In this document: positions 9,804 through 18,504 of the stretch, one piece after another
Position numbering within the stretch: the first letter of the stretch is position 1
Layout of the letters: each line of letters begins with the position of its first letter
NCBI GenBank assembly: GCA_049964715.1
Contig: JBMFXB010000001.1
Span: 34,085-98,084 of the forward strand
DNA length: 64,000 nucleotides
Origin: Candidatus Dormibacteria bacterium
GTDB lineage: Bacteria > Chloroflexota > Dormibacteria > Aeolococcales > Aeolococcaceae
Direction: 5' to 3'
Program-made: the position numbers and the translations under genes
The notes under the pieces: generated by a model
What the model saw: only the letters and a program-made list of their open reading frames with translations
What the model was told of the DNA's origin: nothing
Databases searched by the model: none

Positions 9804-9838
9804 TCAACTTCTTCTACCATACAGGCCAGACGCTGCAC
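9757..9838 (+). repeat. Perfect 2 x 41-bp tandem direct repeat (tcctgatcaacttcttctaccatacaggccagacgctgca[a/c]) spanning the 3' end and stop codon of the pilin-like gene
   Basis: Copies at 9757-9797 and 9798-9838 differ only at the last base. The gene stop TGA (9801-9803) lies inside copy 2. The alternate-frame ORF 9620..9841 ends with the same peptide (ILINFFYHTGQTLH). Confidence 0.9.
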
Positions 9839-9859
9839 TAAGCCGATTTTGTAGTTGCA

Positions 9860-9893
9860 CGGGCTCCCGAATCCGGGGAGAGACGGGAGTCCG
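9860..9893 (+). promoter_or_regulatory. GC-rich stem-loop (cgggctccc...gggagtccg) in the pilin/VirB6 intergenic region. Possible attenuator or mRNA-processing hairpin
   Basis: Inverted repeat with 8 of 9 positions complementary, plus an inner ctccc/gggag stem. Located 57 nt after the pilin-like stop and ~60 nt before the GTG of the next gene. Confidence 0.35.
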
Positions 9894-9955
9894 TACCGCG
9901 TCGTTGACCTACGTTCGAGGGGTGACGAACACGTAGGAGAGAGCAGGGGGAATCA

Positions 9956-11419
9956 GTGGTGAGATTCGTTCGCTACGTCCAAGGGGCGTACGTACGCATT
10001 GCGTTTGCAATCCTTACACTCGTATGCTGCATGTCGTTCTTTTCCGGCTCAGTAGCAGCAGCGACAGTTGATCACGCCCCGACACCCATTGTTGCATCAA
10101 GTATTTTTGACACGTGTCAGATACCGGTCATTTCCCAGGCATGCAAGACTGCCTCAAGTGCATCAAGTACACTATCAAATCCAGCTGACTCTCTTGCAAG
10201 CTCCGTCGCATCATCTGTCCTAAATGCCATCGATTCCTGGGTAACGAATGCTGCAGTCTGGATCCTTGACAAGATTGTTGCACTCATCAACTCTTCAACT
10301 ACACCTAATCTCTCTGCCCCATGGTTCATGCAGCACTACAGCGTCATGGTGACTCTTGGAGCACTCGTAATGCTGCCGCTTCTCCTTCTAACTGCACTCC
10401 TCGGTGCAATCAAGGGAGATCCGTCACTTCCGCTCCGTGCTGCGTTTGTCTACGTTCCAGTTGCTTGTATTGGCACCTTTGTGTCGCTTCATGTCGTTGA
10501 TGCACTCCTGAAAATTGTGGACTGGATGTGCAGCGTTGTCCTCACAGGCATGAACTCAGATTATTCATCTTTTGTCTCAAACATCAGTACTGCACTCAAT
10601 GGGGGAAATACCCCATCCATAGCGACTCCTTTTATTGCACTCATATCAAGCTTCCTCATTGTCGTTTTTGGCTTTTTCATCTTCATCGAACTTCTCGTTC
10701 GTGAAGCAACAATTTATGCAACTGCCATCTTCATACCTCTTATCCTCACGACACTCGTATTTCCACAGGCATCTCGTATGGCAACGAAAATGTTTGAAAC
10801 ACTCATCTTCGTCATCATTTCAAAATTTGTCCTTGTTGTTGTCCTGTCAATTGGTATTGCTGCGCTCGGGGGCGGAACTACAGGAGGGTTCGCTGCTGTT
10901 CTTGCTGGTGTAGTCATAGTTATCATGACTGCCTTTACCCCAGCTGCAATCCTTGCCCTCGTTCCAACCATTGAAGGTTCAATCTCGACATTTGTCACTG
11001 CACAGACTATTGGCATTGGGGAGGGACTTGTTGCTGCAACGACAGGTGCAAATGTATACAGTGGCATACGGCGGTTCAATGAGGCTCGCATTGCCTCAAG
11101 CTCCGTCACGAGTGCCTCTGCTGGAGCAGCTGGCGGGGCTGCAGGAGGTGCTGCTGGTGCTGTTCATCTCATCGGCAGCCGTGCTGCTCAATCTGGTCAA
11201 AGTTTCCAACAAGGAGCAACCCAACACCAGCCAAACACGTCTGGTGGTGTGGGAAATTCCCAAACTCAAGGAGGTCCGACTGGCTGGCGAGGAGCCCAGC
11301 AACAGTCACCTCAACCCAGAACTACGATCGTTCCCAGTGAAACCCGAGGGGGGACAGGTCCATCGTCGAATGGTCCGTCAGTTCCACCCACTTCGGAAGG
11401 AGGTATGAGTGATGTCTGA
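9956..11419 (+). CDS. VirB6/TrbL-like polytopic inner-membrane protein. Domain order: signal peptide, periplasmic N-domain, ~6 TM helices, Gly/Ala/Gln-rich C-terminal tail
   Basis: GTG start with GGGGG RBS. Signal MSFFSGSVAAA. TM helices such as YSVMVTLGALVMLPLLLLTALLGAI and IATPFIALISSFLIVVFGFFIFIELLV. Low-complexity tail AGAAGGAAGGAAGA...QQGATQHQPNTSGG, typical of the TrbL/VirB6 architecture. Confidence 0.55.
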   Translation: MVRFVRYVQGAYVRIAFAILTLVCCMSFFSGSVAAATVDHAPTPIVASSIFDTCQIPVISQACKTASSASSTLSNPADSLASSVASSVLNAIDSWVTNAAVWILDKIVALINSSTTPNLSAPWFMQHYSVMVTLGALVMLPLLLLTALLGAIKGDPSLPLRAAFVYVPVACIGTFVSLHVVDALLKIVDWMCSVVLTGMNSDYSSFVSNISTALNGGNTPSIATPFIALISSFLIVVFGFFIFIELLVREATIYATAIFIPLILTTLVFPQASRMATKMFETLIFVIISKFVLVVVLSIGIAALGGGTTGGFAAVLAGVVIVIMTAFTPAAILALVPTIEGSISTFVTAQTIGIGEGLVAATTGANVYSGIRRFNEARIASSSVTSASAGAAGGAAGGAAGAVHLIGSRAAQSGQSFQQGATQHQPNTSGGVGNSQTQGGPTGWRGAQQQSPQPRTTIVPSETRGGTGPSSNGPSVPPTSEGGMSDV

Positions 11420-12896
11420 TGATCTTCGGTACCGTTTTGGTCCGCTGGAGCAGCGTGGATTTCTTTTTGGACTCCGAACTGCACAAGTCGGTCTCCTCTT
11501 TGGTGGTGCATTTCTCGGCGTCATTGCCATGCATGCACTGCCCGGAAGCGGTGGCATTGCTCTCGCCATGCTTTTTCTCACAGTAGCTGCTGGTTCATGC
11601 TTCTGGCATGTGAGCGGGAGAAGTGTTGACCAGTGGGTACCTGTTGGTATGCGCTGGCTCGTACGCAAGCTCAAAAGAGAGAATATCCATGTATCCCAAG
11701 CACCACTCCAGGGCCACAGCTGGAAGACACCCCTCATTCCAAAGGATGCACCTCCAAGCCTGAAATCCATCTCCATCATTGCTGCACCCGTAGCAGGCGG
11801 TGAACTTGGTGTGGTGAAAGATGCACTGTCCGGTACATACACTGCAGTTCTTGCAGTCCGTGGCCGCTCCTTTGCACTTCTTGACCAACAGGACAAGGCA
11901 CGACTTCTTTCCCAGTGGGGAGATGTCCTTACAGGACTTGCCCGAGAGGGAAGTCCCATCACACGACTCCAGTGGCTTGAACGAACCTCTGCTGACAGTG
12001 GAGAGACTGTTGCACAGTATCTCCGGGAATCCGTGAAAGGAGACTACACGTCCCCCGCTGTACGAAGCTACCTTCAGCTCATTGAAGAAGCAGGACCAGT
12101 TGCACGCCGTCATGAAACGTACCTTTCTGTGCAAATTGATGGACTCCGTGCACGACGTGCCATTCGACAGTCTGGTGGTGGCGATACTGGAGCATGCCTC
12201 GTACTAGCTAGAGAGATTTATGGCCTTGCCACACGATTACAGGCAGCAGATCTCGATGTTCTCGGCCTACTTACTCCACAGGTACTTGCTGAAACCATTC
12301 GCACTGCCTATGACCCTGCTGCAAAGAATGGGCTCGCCATGAAAAGTGTGATGTACCCAGATGAGATGGGTGTCAATCCTGCCCATGCATGGCCCATGAA
12401 GACAGTGAGTCACTGGGATCATCTCGCTTCTGACAGTGCTGTCCACGCAACGTATTGGTGTGCAGAGTGGCCCCGCACTGATGTCGGTCCCGATTTCCTT
12501 GCACCACTCCTCCTGCAAACTTGGGTGCATCGTACAGTCTCTGTAACGATGGAACCAGTCTCACCGCTGAAGGCCCAACGTGAAGTGGAGACTGCCCGTA
12601 CTGCAGACATTGCTGATGCAGAAGTACGTCAGAAGCACGGATTTATAACCACCATGCGGCGTCAACGCCAGCATGAGGGTGTACTTCGTCGTGAACTGGA
12701 GCTTGCGGATGGACATGCTGACATTCGATTCAGTGGCTACATCACAGTCACTGCTCAAAACCAGGAAGAGCTTGAAGTAGCCTGCAGCGAAGTCGAGCAA
12801 CAAGCTGGACAGTCCCGAATCGTACTCCGACGCCTCTCTGGTGAACATGACGTTGCCTTCACATATACCCTGCCTCTTGCACGAGGGCTCCGATGA
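11409..12896 (+). CDS. N-terminal half of a VirB3-VirB4-like protein: two N-terminal TM helices plus a soluble domain. Translationally coupled to the downstream ATPase half
   Basis: GTG/ATG start overlaps the upstream stop (GAAGGAGG RBS). TM1 VGLLFGGAFLGVIAMHAL and TM2 IALAMLFLTVAAGSCFW. ATGA overlap with the next ORF at 12893-12896. The size (495 aa) plus the next ORF (438 aa) approximates a fused VirB3/VirB4. Confidence 0.5.
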   Translation: MMSDDLRYRFGPLEQRGFLFGLRTAQVGLLFGGAFLGVIAMHALPGSGGIALAMLFLTVAAGSCFWHVSGRSVDQWVPVGMRWLVRKLKRENIHVSQAPLQGHSWKTPLIPKDAPPSLKSISIIAAPVAGGELGVVKDALSGTYTAVLAVRGRSFALLDQQDKARLLSQWGDVLTGLAREGSPITRLQWLERTSADSGETVAQYLRESVKGDYTSPAVRSYLQLIEEAGPVARRHETYLSVQIDGLRARRAIRQSGGGDTGACLVLAREIYGLATRLQAADLDVLGLLTPQVLAETIRTAYDPAAKNGLAMKSVMYPDEMGVNPAHAWPMKTVSHWDHLASDSAVHATYWCAEWPRTDVGPDFLAPLLLQTWVHRTVSVTMEPVSPLKAQREVETARTADIADAEVRQKHGFITTMRRQRQHEGVLRRELELADGHADIRFSGYITVTAQNQEELEVACSEVEQQAGQSRIVLRRLSGEHDVAFTYTLPLARGLR

Positions 12897-14209
12897 ACAC
12901 CCGCTCACACCAACTCGCACATCGCGTAACGACAGCACACTTCCAGGCTGTGTACCCCTTTATCTCTGAGGGAGGACTTGGCGGTCGTGGTTGCTACATC
13001 GGACAAGACCTGTTTGGTGGAGCATTCTGCTATGACCCCTGGGAACTGTATGGACGACACTTGAGTGGTCCAAACATGCTTGTCATTGGTCAGATAGGGT
13101 TCGGGAAGTCATCATTCGTAAAGAGCTATATCTACCGGCAGCTAATCTTTGGGCGTCGGGCTGTCATGCTCGATCCAAAGGGAGAGAATGGAGCACTTTG
13201 CGCTGCTGTTGGAGTTGACCCCCTCAAGCTCCGACCTGGCGGTGAAATCCGCCTCAACCCGCTTGACCCAGAAGTCGGCGATCCAAACAGGCCAGTCGAG
13301 CAGATCACCCAGGATCAGCTCGGTGTCCTGCTTGCCATCATTGCAGCAGCCCTCAATCGTCCGCTCACCCCGGAAGAGCGTGCAGCGTGCGGAGTCGCGC
13401 TCGACAGTGCAAGACAAAACCATGTGGGACAACCCACCCTTCCACATGTAGTCGAAGCACTGCTCTTCCCGGACGATGAGGCTGCTTCAAAGCTGGCAAC
13501 AACGAAGGAACGCCTTGCCACTGGCTCACGCGAAGCTTCCCTTGAGCTTCAACGACTCTGTCAGGGCGACCTCAGGGGTATGTTCGATGGTCCCACATCA
13601 GGGAATATCGATCTCACTTCCCCTCTTGTCTCTTTCGACCTGAGTTCTGTCTACCAGTCTGAGGCACTTGGCATTCTTATGGTATGCGCAGCCGCATGGC
13701 TCCAGCGAGCACTTGCACGTCAGGAGACAACAAAGCGTATCCTCGTTCTCGATGAGGCATGGGTTTGTCTGAGGAATGTCGCCATAGCCAGGTGGCTCCA
13801 GGCATCGTACAAGCTTGCTCGTGCCTATGGAGTGCAGAATATTGCCGTTGTGCATCGCCTCAGCGACCTCTCTGCAGCAGGAGCAGGTGACAGTGAACAA
13901 GTCCAGCTCGCTCGAGGGCTTCTTTCAGACTCGGAAACTCGCGTGATCTACTATCAGGCTCCTGGAGATGTTGCTGTATCAAAGGGCCTTCTGGGGCTCA
14001 CGGACAGTGAAGCAGATCTCATCTCACAACTGCGACGCGGCCAATCACTATGGAAGGTTGGCACAAGAGGATTCCTTGTGCAGCATCGACTGAGCAAGTT
14101 CGAACGAAATATCGTCGATACGGACTTCAGGATGATCGACCTGCCTGGCATGCCAGGTGAAATTGGATCCCCAGCTCATCCGGCAATCCCTCCTGCTGAA
14201 TCTGCATAG
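12893..14209 (+). CDS. VirB4/TraC/TrbE-family ATPase, C-terminal NTPase domain
   Basis: Walker A NMLVIGQIGFGKSSFVKS. VMLDPKGE motif. Walker B ILVLDEAWVCL. VVHRLSDL motif. All match VirB4-type T4SS ATPases. Confidence 0.75.
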   Translation: MNTRSHQLAHRVTTAHFQAVYPFISEGGLGGRGCYIGQDLFGGAFCYDPWELYGRHLSGPNMLVIGQIGFGKSSFVKSYIYRQLIFGRRAVMLDPKGENGALCAAVGVDPLKLRPGGEIRLNPLDPEVGDPNRPVEQITQDQLGVLLAIIAAALNRPLTPEERAACGVALDSARQNHVGQPTLPHVVEALLFPDDEAASKLATTKERLATGSREASLELQRLCQGDLRGMFDGPTSGNIDLTSPLVSFDLSSVYQSEALGILMVCAAAWLQRALARQETTKRILVLDEAWVCLRNVAIARWLQASYKLARAYGVQNIAVVHRLSDLSAAGAGDSEQVQLARGLLSDSETRVIYYQAPGDVAVSKGLLGLTDSEADLISQLRRGQSLWKVGTRGFLVQHRLSKFERNIVDTDFRMIDLPGMPGEIGSPAHPAIPPAESA

Positions 14210-14393
14210 CACAAGGCGTCCTGTCCATACGCCCAAAAAGGTGGATGATGCACATCTGCTCTCATCCAGGGAGCACAGCTCCAACGCCTCCTTCCCCCAA
14301 GTAAGGAGGACCTAATTCGTGTCCAGGTAATTCCTAGGACGCGAGAGAACAACTGTTATGACAAAGCTGAGTTGACGCTGCAGCTTTTTGTAT

Positions 14394-15596
14394 CTACGGA
14401 TCCATTCTTGTCTCTGAAGGTTGCACTGTACCCATGAGCGTTCGGGGCAGTGCAAGTGCAGGAACGACAGCTGCACAGCTTAGAGCTGCAAGCACCCAAA
14501 ATACGGACATGACATCAGAATCGTTTACAAGAAAGCCAATTACCAGAACAAGAAGTGCACCAAGACCATTTGCAAGTCCAAGTGCAATTCCTGAACCCAT
14601 GGACCTGTTTTCTGGGAAGATATCCTGCCCGATGAGGATTGTTGTCGATGCAGTGAGAAAAAGCAATGGCCCTAGGAGTGCAGCAAGAACCCAGATCCAC
14701 GCACCGTGCGCATACGCAATGGGCACGACAAGAAGTGCTATTGCAAGTGTGGATACTACAAGTACAGGACGTCTTCCAAACACATCAGCCAGATGTCCTC
14801 CAAAGAGATTTCCGACTACTCCCACGACAATAATCGTCGAGATGATTGTGGCCCCACTTACAAGACTTCCTCCATGAAGATGCCAGAGAATCGGAATAAA
14901 AGTCACCAGACCGTAGATAGTGAATGCTCGAATCGAGCTATAACTCAGGAGAAGAAGGAGTGGCCTGCTGTGTGCCTGGAAGTGAAGTACACGTCCTGAC
15001 CGTGGACGGGCGGGGAGTTGTGGTGCAAGACGGAAGACAACAATCACTGTAAGAAGTCCAGGTATGGCAATAATCCATAAATACTGAAGCCCAAGATTGG
15101 CAGCAACGAGACTTGCTGCTGTTGGCCAGATGCCTCGACCAATTTCTCCTCCGACAAGAAACAGGGATGTGAAAAGTCCATGCCTCCCCTGGAGCATGCT
15201 CCGTACTCCTGCGAGAGCTTGGGGATGAAAGAGAGCACTCCCAATCCCAATCATGAGAAGAATGACAATAAGAAGACCCAGACTGTTTGTGACACCAAGG
15301 AGACCCCCTCCCAGGGAGCTGAGGAGAAGTCCCAAGGCAACGAACCATCGTCCTCCAACACCATCAGCAATCCATCCCAGAAACGGCTGGAGAGCCTGTC
15401 CAATCATGAGGGCAGCCATAAGTACGCCTGCCATATGTACGTTTCCGTGCACTGCAACGAGAACTGCAGGGAGCACTCCTGGAAGGTAGTTCGATGCACC
15501 ATCATTGAGGAGATGTGCCCAGGTAAGTGCAAGAAGCCGAGTTCGCAGACGAACTTCTCCTCGAGCTGTATCTTCCCGTGTCACTGGATCAGTCAC
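14394..15596 (-). CDS. MFS transporter (12-TM)
   Basis: 400 aa, highly hydrophobic with a two-fold repeat. N-terminal LALTWAHLLNDGASNYLPG and MFS-like loop motifs. Confidence 0.8.
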   Translation of the reverse strand: MTDPVTREDTARGEVRLRTRLLALTWAHLLNDGASNYLPGVLPAVLVAVHGNVHMAGVLMAALMIGQALQPFLGWIADGVGGRWFVALGLLLSSLGGGLLGVTNSLGLLIVILLMIGIGSALFHPQALAGVRSMLQGRHGLFTSLFLVGGEIGRGIWPTAASLVAANLGLQYLWIIAIPGLLTVIVVFRLAPQLPARPRSGRVLHFQAHSRPLLLLLSYSSIRAFTIYGLVTFIPILWHLHGGSLVSGATIISTIIVVGVVGNLFGGHLADVFGRRPVLVVSTLAIALLVVPIAYAHGAWIWVLAALLGPLLFLTASTTILIGQDIFPENRSMGSGIALGLANGLGALLVLVIGFLVNDSDVMSVFWVLAALSCAAVVPALALPRTLMGTVQPSETRMDP

Positions 15597-15666
15597 TGTT
15601 CATCTCACTGGTGTACTTCATGAACAATGCCACGCAGCCTTTTCTGTGTAATGTTCATTCCGAGTC

Positions 15667-17451
15667 CTAAGGATGTTCGTGTACAACTGGCTTCGAAGAT
15701 TCATCGAACTTTTTGGCACACCCTTCACAACAGAAGTAATAGGTCTGACCATCGCGGACTCTTGCAGAAGTGGTTACATTTGGCAATACTGTCATGCCGC
15801 AAATGGGATCCTTCGCCTCAGCAGGAAATGACTCTTGAGATTTCGGATGCTTTGCATCGAATGTCACTGCACACCCTTCACAGCAGAAGTAATACGTTGT
15901 TCCTTCAAACTCCCGCGTCGGGGTCGAGGAATCTGGTGTTACTGTCATCGAACATATGGGATCCACAGCGGACGGTGGGAGGTCAATCATGTCATTCTCC
16001 TTGGTGTGTACAGTTTCCGGGTCGTGCTGTGCATCAAAAATAGCTGCACAGTGTTCGCTGCAAAAATAGTAGGTAATGCCCCCGAGTTCACGTGTAGGCG
16101 GATTCGTGGAGGGATCAACAGACATTCCACAAATGGGATCTATTTCTGCTGCTGACATGTATTCCGGGGATGACACATTCCCGGCAGCAGTTCTCCCTTC
16201 CAGGAATCGATCCTTGCAGCCGTCACTGCAGAAATACCACGTCGTCCCGTCCACGGATGCTTGAGCAGGAGCAAGAGCTCGTTCAACCTGCATTCCGCAG
16301 ATGGGATCCCGGGCATACTTGTTTTCGGAAGCCCACTCCCTTTTTCGTGAAAGCCAAAATACTGTGCCCAAAACAGCACATCCAACAATGTTGAGAAGTG
16401 CTGTACCCACTCCTGGTGAAGCAATAGATGTAGCGAGATAGTGGGAGCTCGGAACGAGATGAACTGCACTGAAGATGAGGTCAGTCGCAAGTCCAGCAAG
16501 TGACATCGTCACCCACAGGAGAGCCACAATCCGCAGGGCAACTCTCCATCCGTACATCCTGCGATACGCAAGGATGAGTGGGAATGCAATGAGGTCTGCA
16601 AAGATGAAGCTCAGGACACCTCCAAAACTTATCCCGCCTACCCACAAAGCAGCTGCAAGCGGCACATTGCCTACAGAGCAGACGAAACTTAGCACTGCAA
16701 TTGCAGGACCTACAATAACATTCTCCAGTAGAGTGACAAAACCATGACCATGAATAAAGGCTGCATTCCAGACTGCATGCGGGACATTTGCCATGATGAG
16801 ACCTGCCACGACAAAGCCAATGAGGAGTTCTCTCCAAAGCATCGTGAGATCTGCAATCGTGTATGTTGCAGCATCAACCCATTTCCGTCGGTCTCGAACG
16901 GATAGGGAAGAAGACGTTACCGAGGGAAGATCGACATGCACTCGGGCATCCTGCTCACGAAGTCGTGCCTGCGTTGCATCAACTGCCCTTCCTCGAAGAA
17001 ACACTACTCCCAGAAGCGCAATGATGACGATCATGATTGCACTACCAACGTACTCACCCAGCAGGAACTGCCATCCCATGAGAATGAGGAGCACAAGGCC
17101 AAGCTCCAGAACAAGGTTCGTTGATGCAACCATGAACTCTATTGCAGCTATCATATCCGCACCACGTGCAATGAGTGCTCGTGTCATGGCTGAAGCTGCA
17201 TATGAGCAGGATGACGAGATCATGCCAAAAAACGATGCTCGAACTGTTGCGCCTGCTCCGTGATTCCCGAGCATGCGCTCCATTGTATGTCGACTGACAA
17301 ACGACTGGACTACTCCCGAAAGGGTAAATCCCAGAATGAGCACCCAGCCAGTTGCCCAAATCATCTCAACGGTATCCAGAAGACCCCGAACGATCCCCGC
17401 ACCGATTCCATCAATGATTGACCACATACCTAGGAGTCCTCTCTGCCACAT
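15667..17451 (-). CDS. Predicted permease (YraQ/DUF318-like polytopic membrane domain) fused to four tandem C-terminal YHS/TRASH metal-binding domains
   Basis: N-terminal ~400 aa is polytopic membrane with GMISSSCSY and CSVGNVPLAAAL motifs. The C-terminus repeats DPICGM(S)xV...Y(Y)FC(S/C)E(G)C...F four times (ICGMQVE, ICGMSVD, ICSMTVT, ICGMTVL). Confidence 0.75.
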   Translation of the reverse strand: MWQRGLLGMWSIIDGIGAGIVRGLLDTVEMIWATGWVLILGFTLSGVVQSFVSRHTMERMLGNHGAGATVRASFFGMISSSCSYAASAMTRALIARGADMIAAIEFMVASTNLVLELGLVLLILMGWQFLLGEYVGSAIMIVIIALLGVVFLRGRAVDATQARLREQDARVHVDLPSVTSSSLSVRDRRKWVDAATYTIADLTMLWRELLIGFVVAGLIMANVPHAVWNAAFIHGHGFVTLLENVIVGPAIAVLSFVCSVGNVPLAAALWVGGISFGGVLSFIFADLIAFPLILAYRRMYGWRVALRIVALLWVTMSLAGLATDLIFSAVHLVPSSHYLATSIASPGVGTALLNIVGCAVLGTVFWLSRKREWASENKYARDPICGMQVERALAPAQASVDGTTWYFCSDGCKDRFLEGRTAAGNVSSPEYMSAAEIDPICGMSVDPSTNPPTRELGGITYYFCSEHCAAIFDAQHDPETVHTKENDMIDLPPSAVDPICSMTVTPDSSTPTREFEGTTYYFCCEGCAVTFDAKHPKSQESFPAEAKDPICGMTVLPNVTTSARVRDGQTYYFCCEGCAKKFDESSKPVVHEHP

Positions 17452-17655
17452 CCCAGGCGACCAGAATGCAGCATGTCACATGTCTCTAGGTATCGTACCC
17501 TTCCATGTGGAATCTCATGCATCGTATGCGGGAACCACGTTCCCTGCTCCACCCCCCAGTTCATGAAGAGCCCCCTCTCGGGGCTGCATCCATGTTCCGG
17601 ATAGGGTTCAGTATAGCTGGCTGGTGGTATTCATCTTCGTCGCGTGAACCATCTG

Positions 17656-18447
17656 TTACATGCCCTCCGGAACACGGTACGAAAGAAGACTCGAATGTTC
17701 CTTTGCAGAGTCATACGAAATGAGATTCCGCAGTGCCTTCGTTACTGTGACAAGGAGTCTGTCAACCGGAAGAAGTTCCTGCTCTGGCATTGTCTCGTCC
17801 TCAGCCTCATCGACAATCACGCACAGGGCCCCTGCCCTCGCACCCCGGATATGGGCAAGCGGAAACAGTACACCGCATTCCATCTCTGCTGCAATGACTC
17901 CAGATCTCTTCCATGCTTCGTACGCATCTTCCATCTCCTGTGCAATAGGGATGGTCTCAGGTCGTATTTCACTGTAGAACGAATCTACTGAAACAGTAAT
18001 CCCGATTCTGTACCGCGAAGTTGTTTCCCTGCATGCTCGCTCCAGCATCGTCGTGACAAGAGTATCTGCAACAGCAGGAAATTCCACTGGTACATACTGC
18101 TTCGATGTCCCCTCAGCACGTACAGCAGCCTGCATGACAATGAGCTCTCCTCGACGAAGTGTTGGATCAAGTCCTCCGCATGTCCCAACACGAATGAACG
18201 TGTCTGCCCCACACTTCAAGAGTTCTTCCACTGCTATGGCAGTTGATGCACTTCCAATGCCAGTGGAGCATACACTCACAGGTACTCCATCAAGTGCCCC
18301 TGTATAGGTTGTAAATTCACGATTCGATGCAGCCTGATGGGGTGAATCAAAGTACTCAGCTATGAGTGCACTTCGGGCTGGATCCCCAGGAAGGAGAACG
18401 TACCTCCCGACATCGCCCTTCGCAAGTTGGATGTGGTATTCCTTCAT
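17656..18447 (-). CDS. Purine/uridine nucleoside phosphorylase (PNP/UDP family, DeoD-like)
   Basis: MKEYHIQL start. VLLPGDPARS, CSTGIGSASTAIAVEEL and EMECG motifs of PNP/UDP phosphorylase family I. Confidence 0.8.
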   Translation of the reverse strand: MKEYHIQLAKGDVGRYVLLPGDPARSALIAEYFDSPHQAASNREFTTYTGALDGVPVSVCSTGIGSASTAIAVEELLKCGADTFIRVGTCGGLDPTLRRGELIVMQAAVRAEGTSKQYVPVEFPAVADTLVTTMLERACRETTSRYRIGITVSVDSFYSEIRPETIPIAQEMEDAYEAWKRSGVIAAEMECGVLFPLAHIRGARAGALCVIVDEAEDETMPEQELLPVDRLLVTVTKALRNLISYDSAKEHSSLLSYRVPEGM

Positions 18448-18504
18448 ACAGGCTATTGTCCACATTTCCTAAGGGCAGTGCTGAAATTGAAAGGAGCAGG
18501 TTGC

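Noticed and set aside
9757-9838. Possible CRISPR repeat or att site
   Set aside because: There are only two adjacent copies with no spacer, and no further copy was found elsewhere in the window. It is interpreted as a tandem duplication.
11378-11962. 194-aa minus-strand ORF
   Set aside because: It is antisense to the coupled VirB6-like/VirB4-N genes. It has no RBS and low-complexity composition.
8494-14209. Integrated conjugative element or genomic island
   Set aside because: No integrase, relaxase, T4CP or tRNA target is present and there is no obvious GC shift. The only direct repeat is the 2 x 41-bp tandem duplication inside the cluster, not flanking repeats. I retained it as a chromosomal minimal VirB4 system, but a remnant ICE cannot be fully excluded from this window alone.
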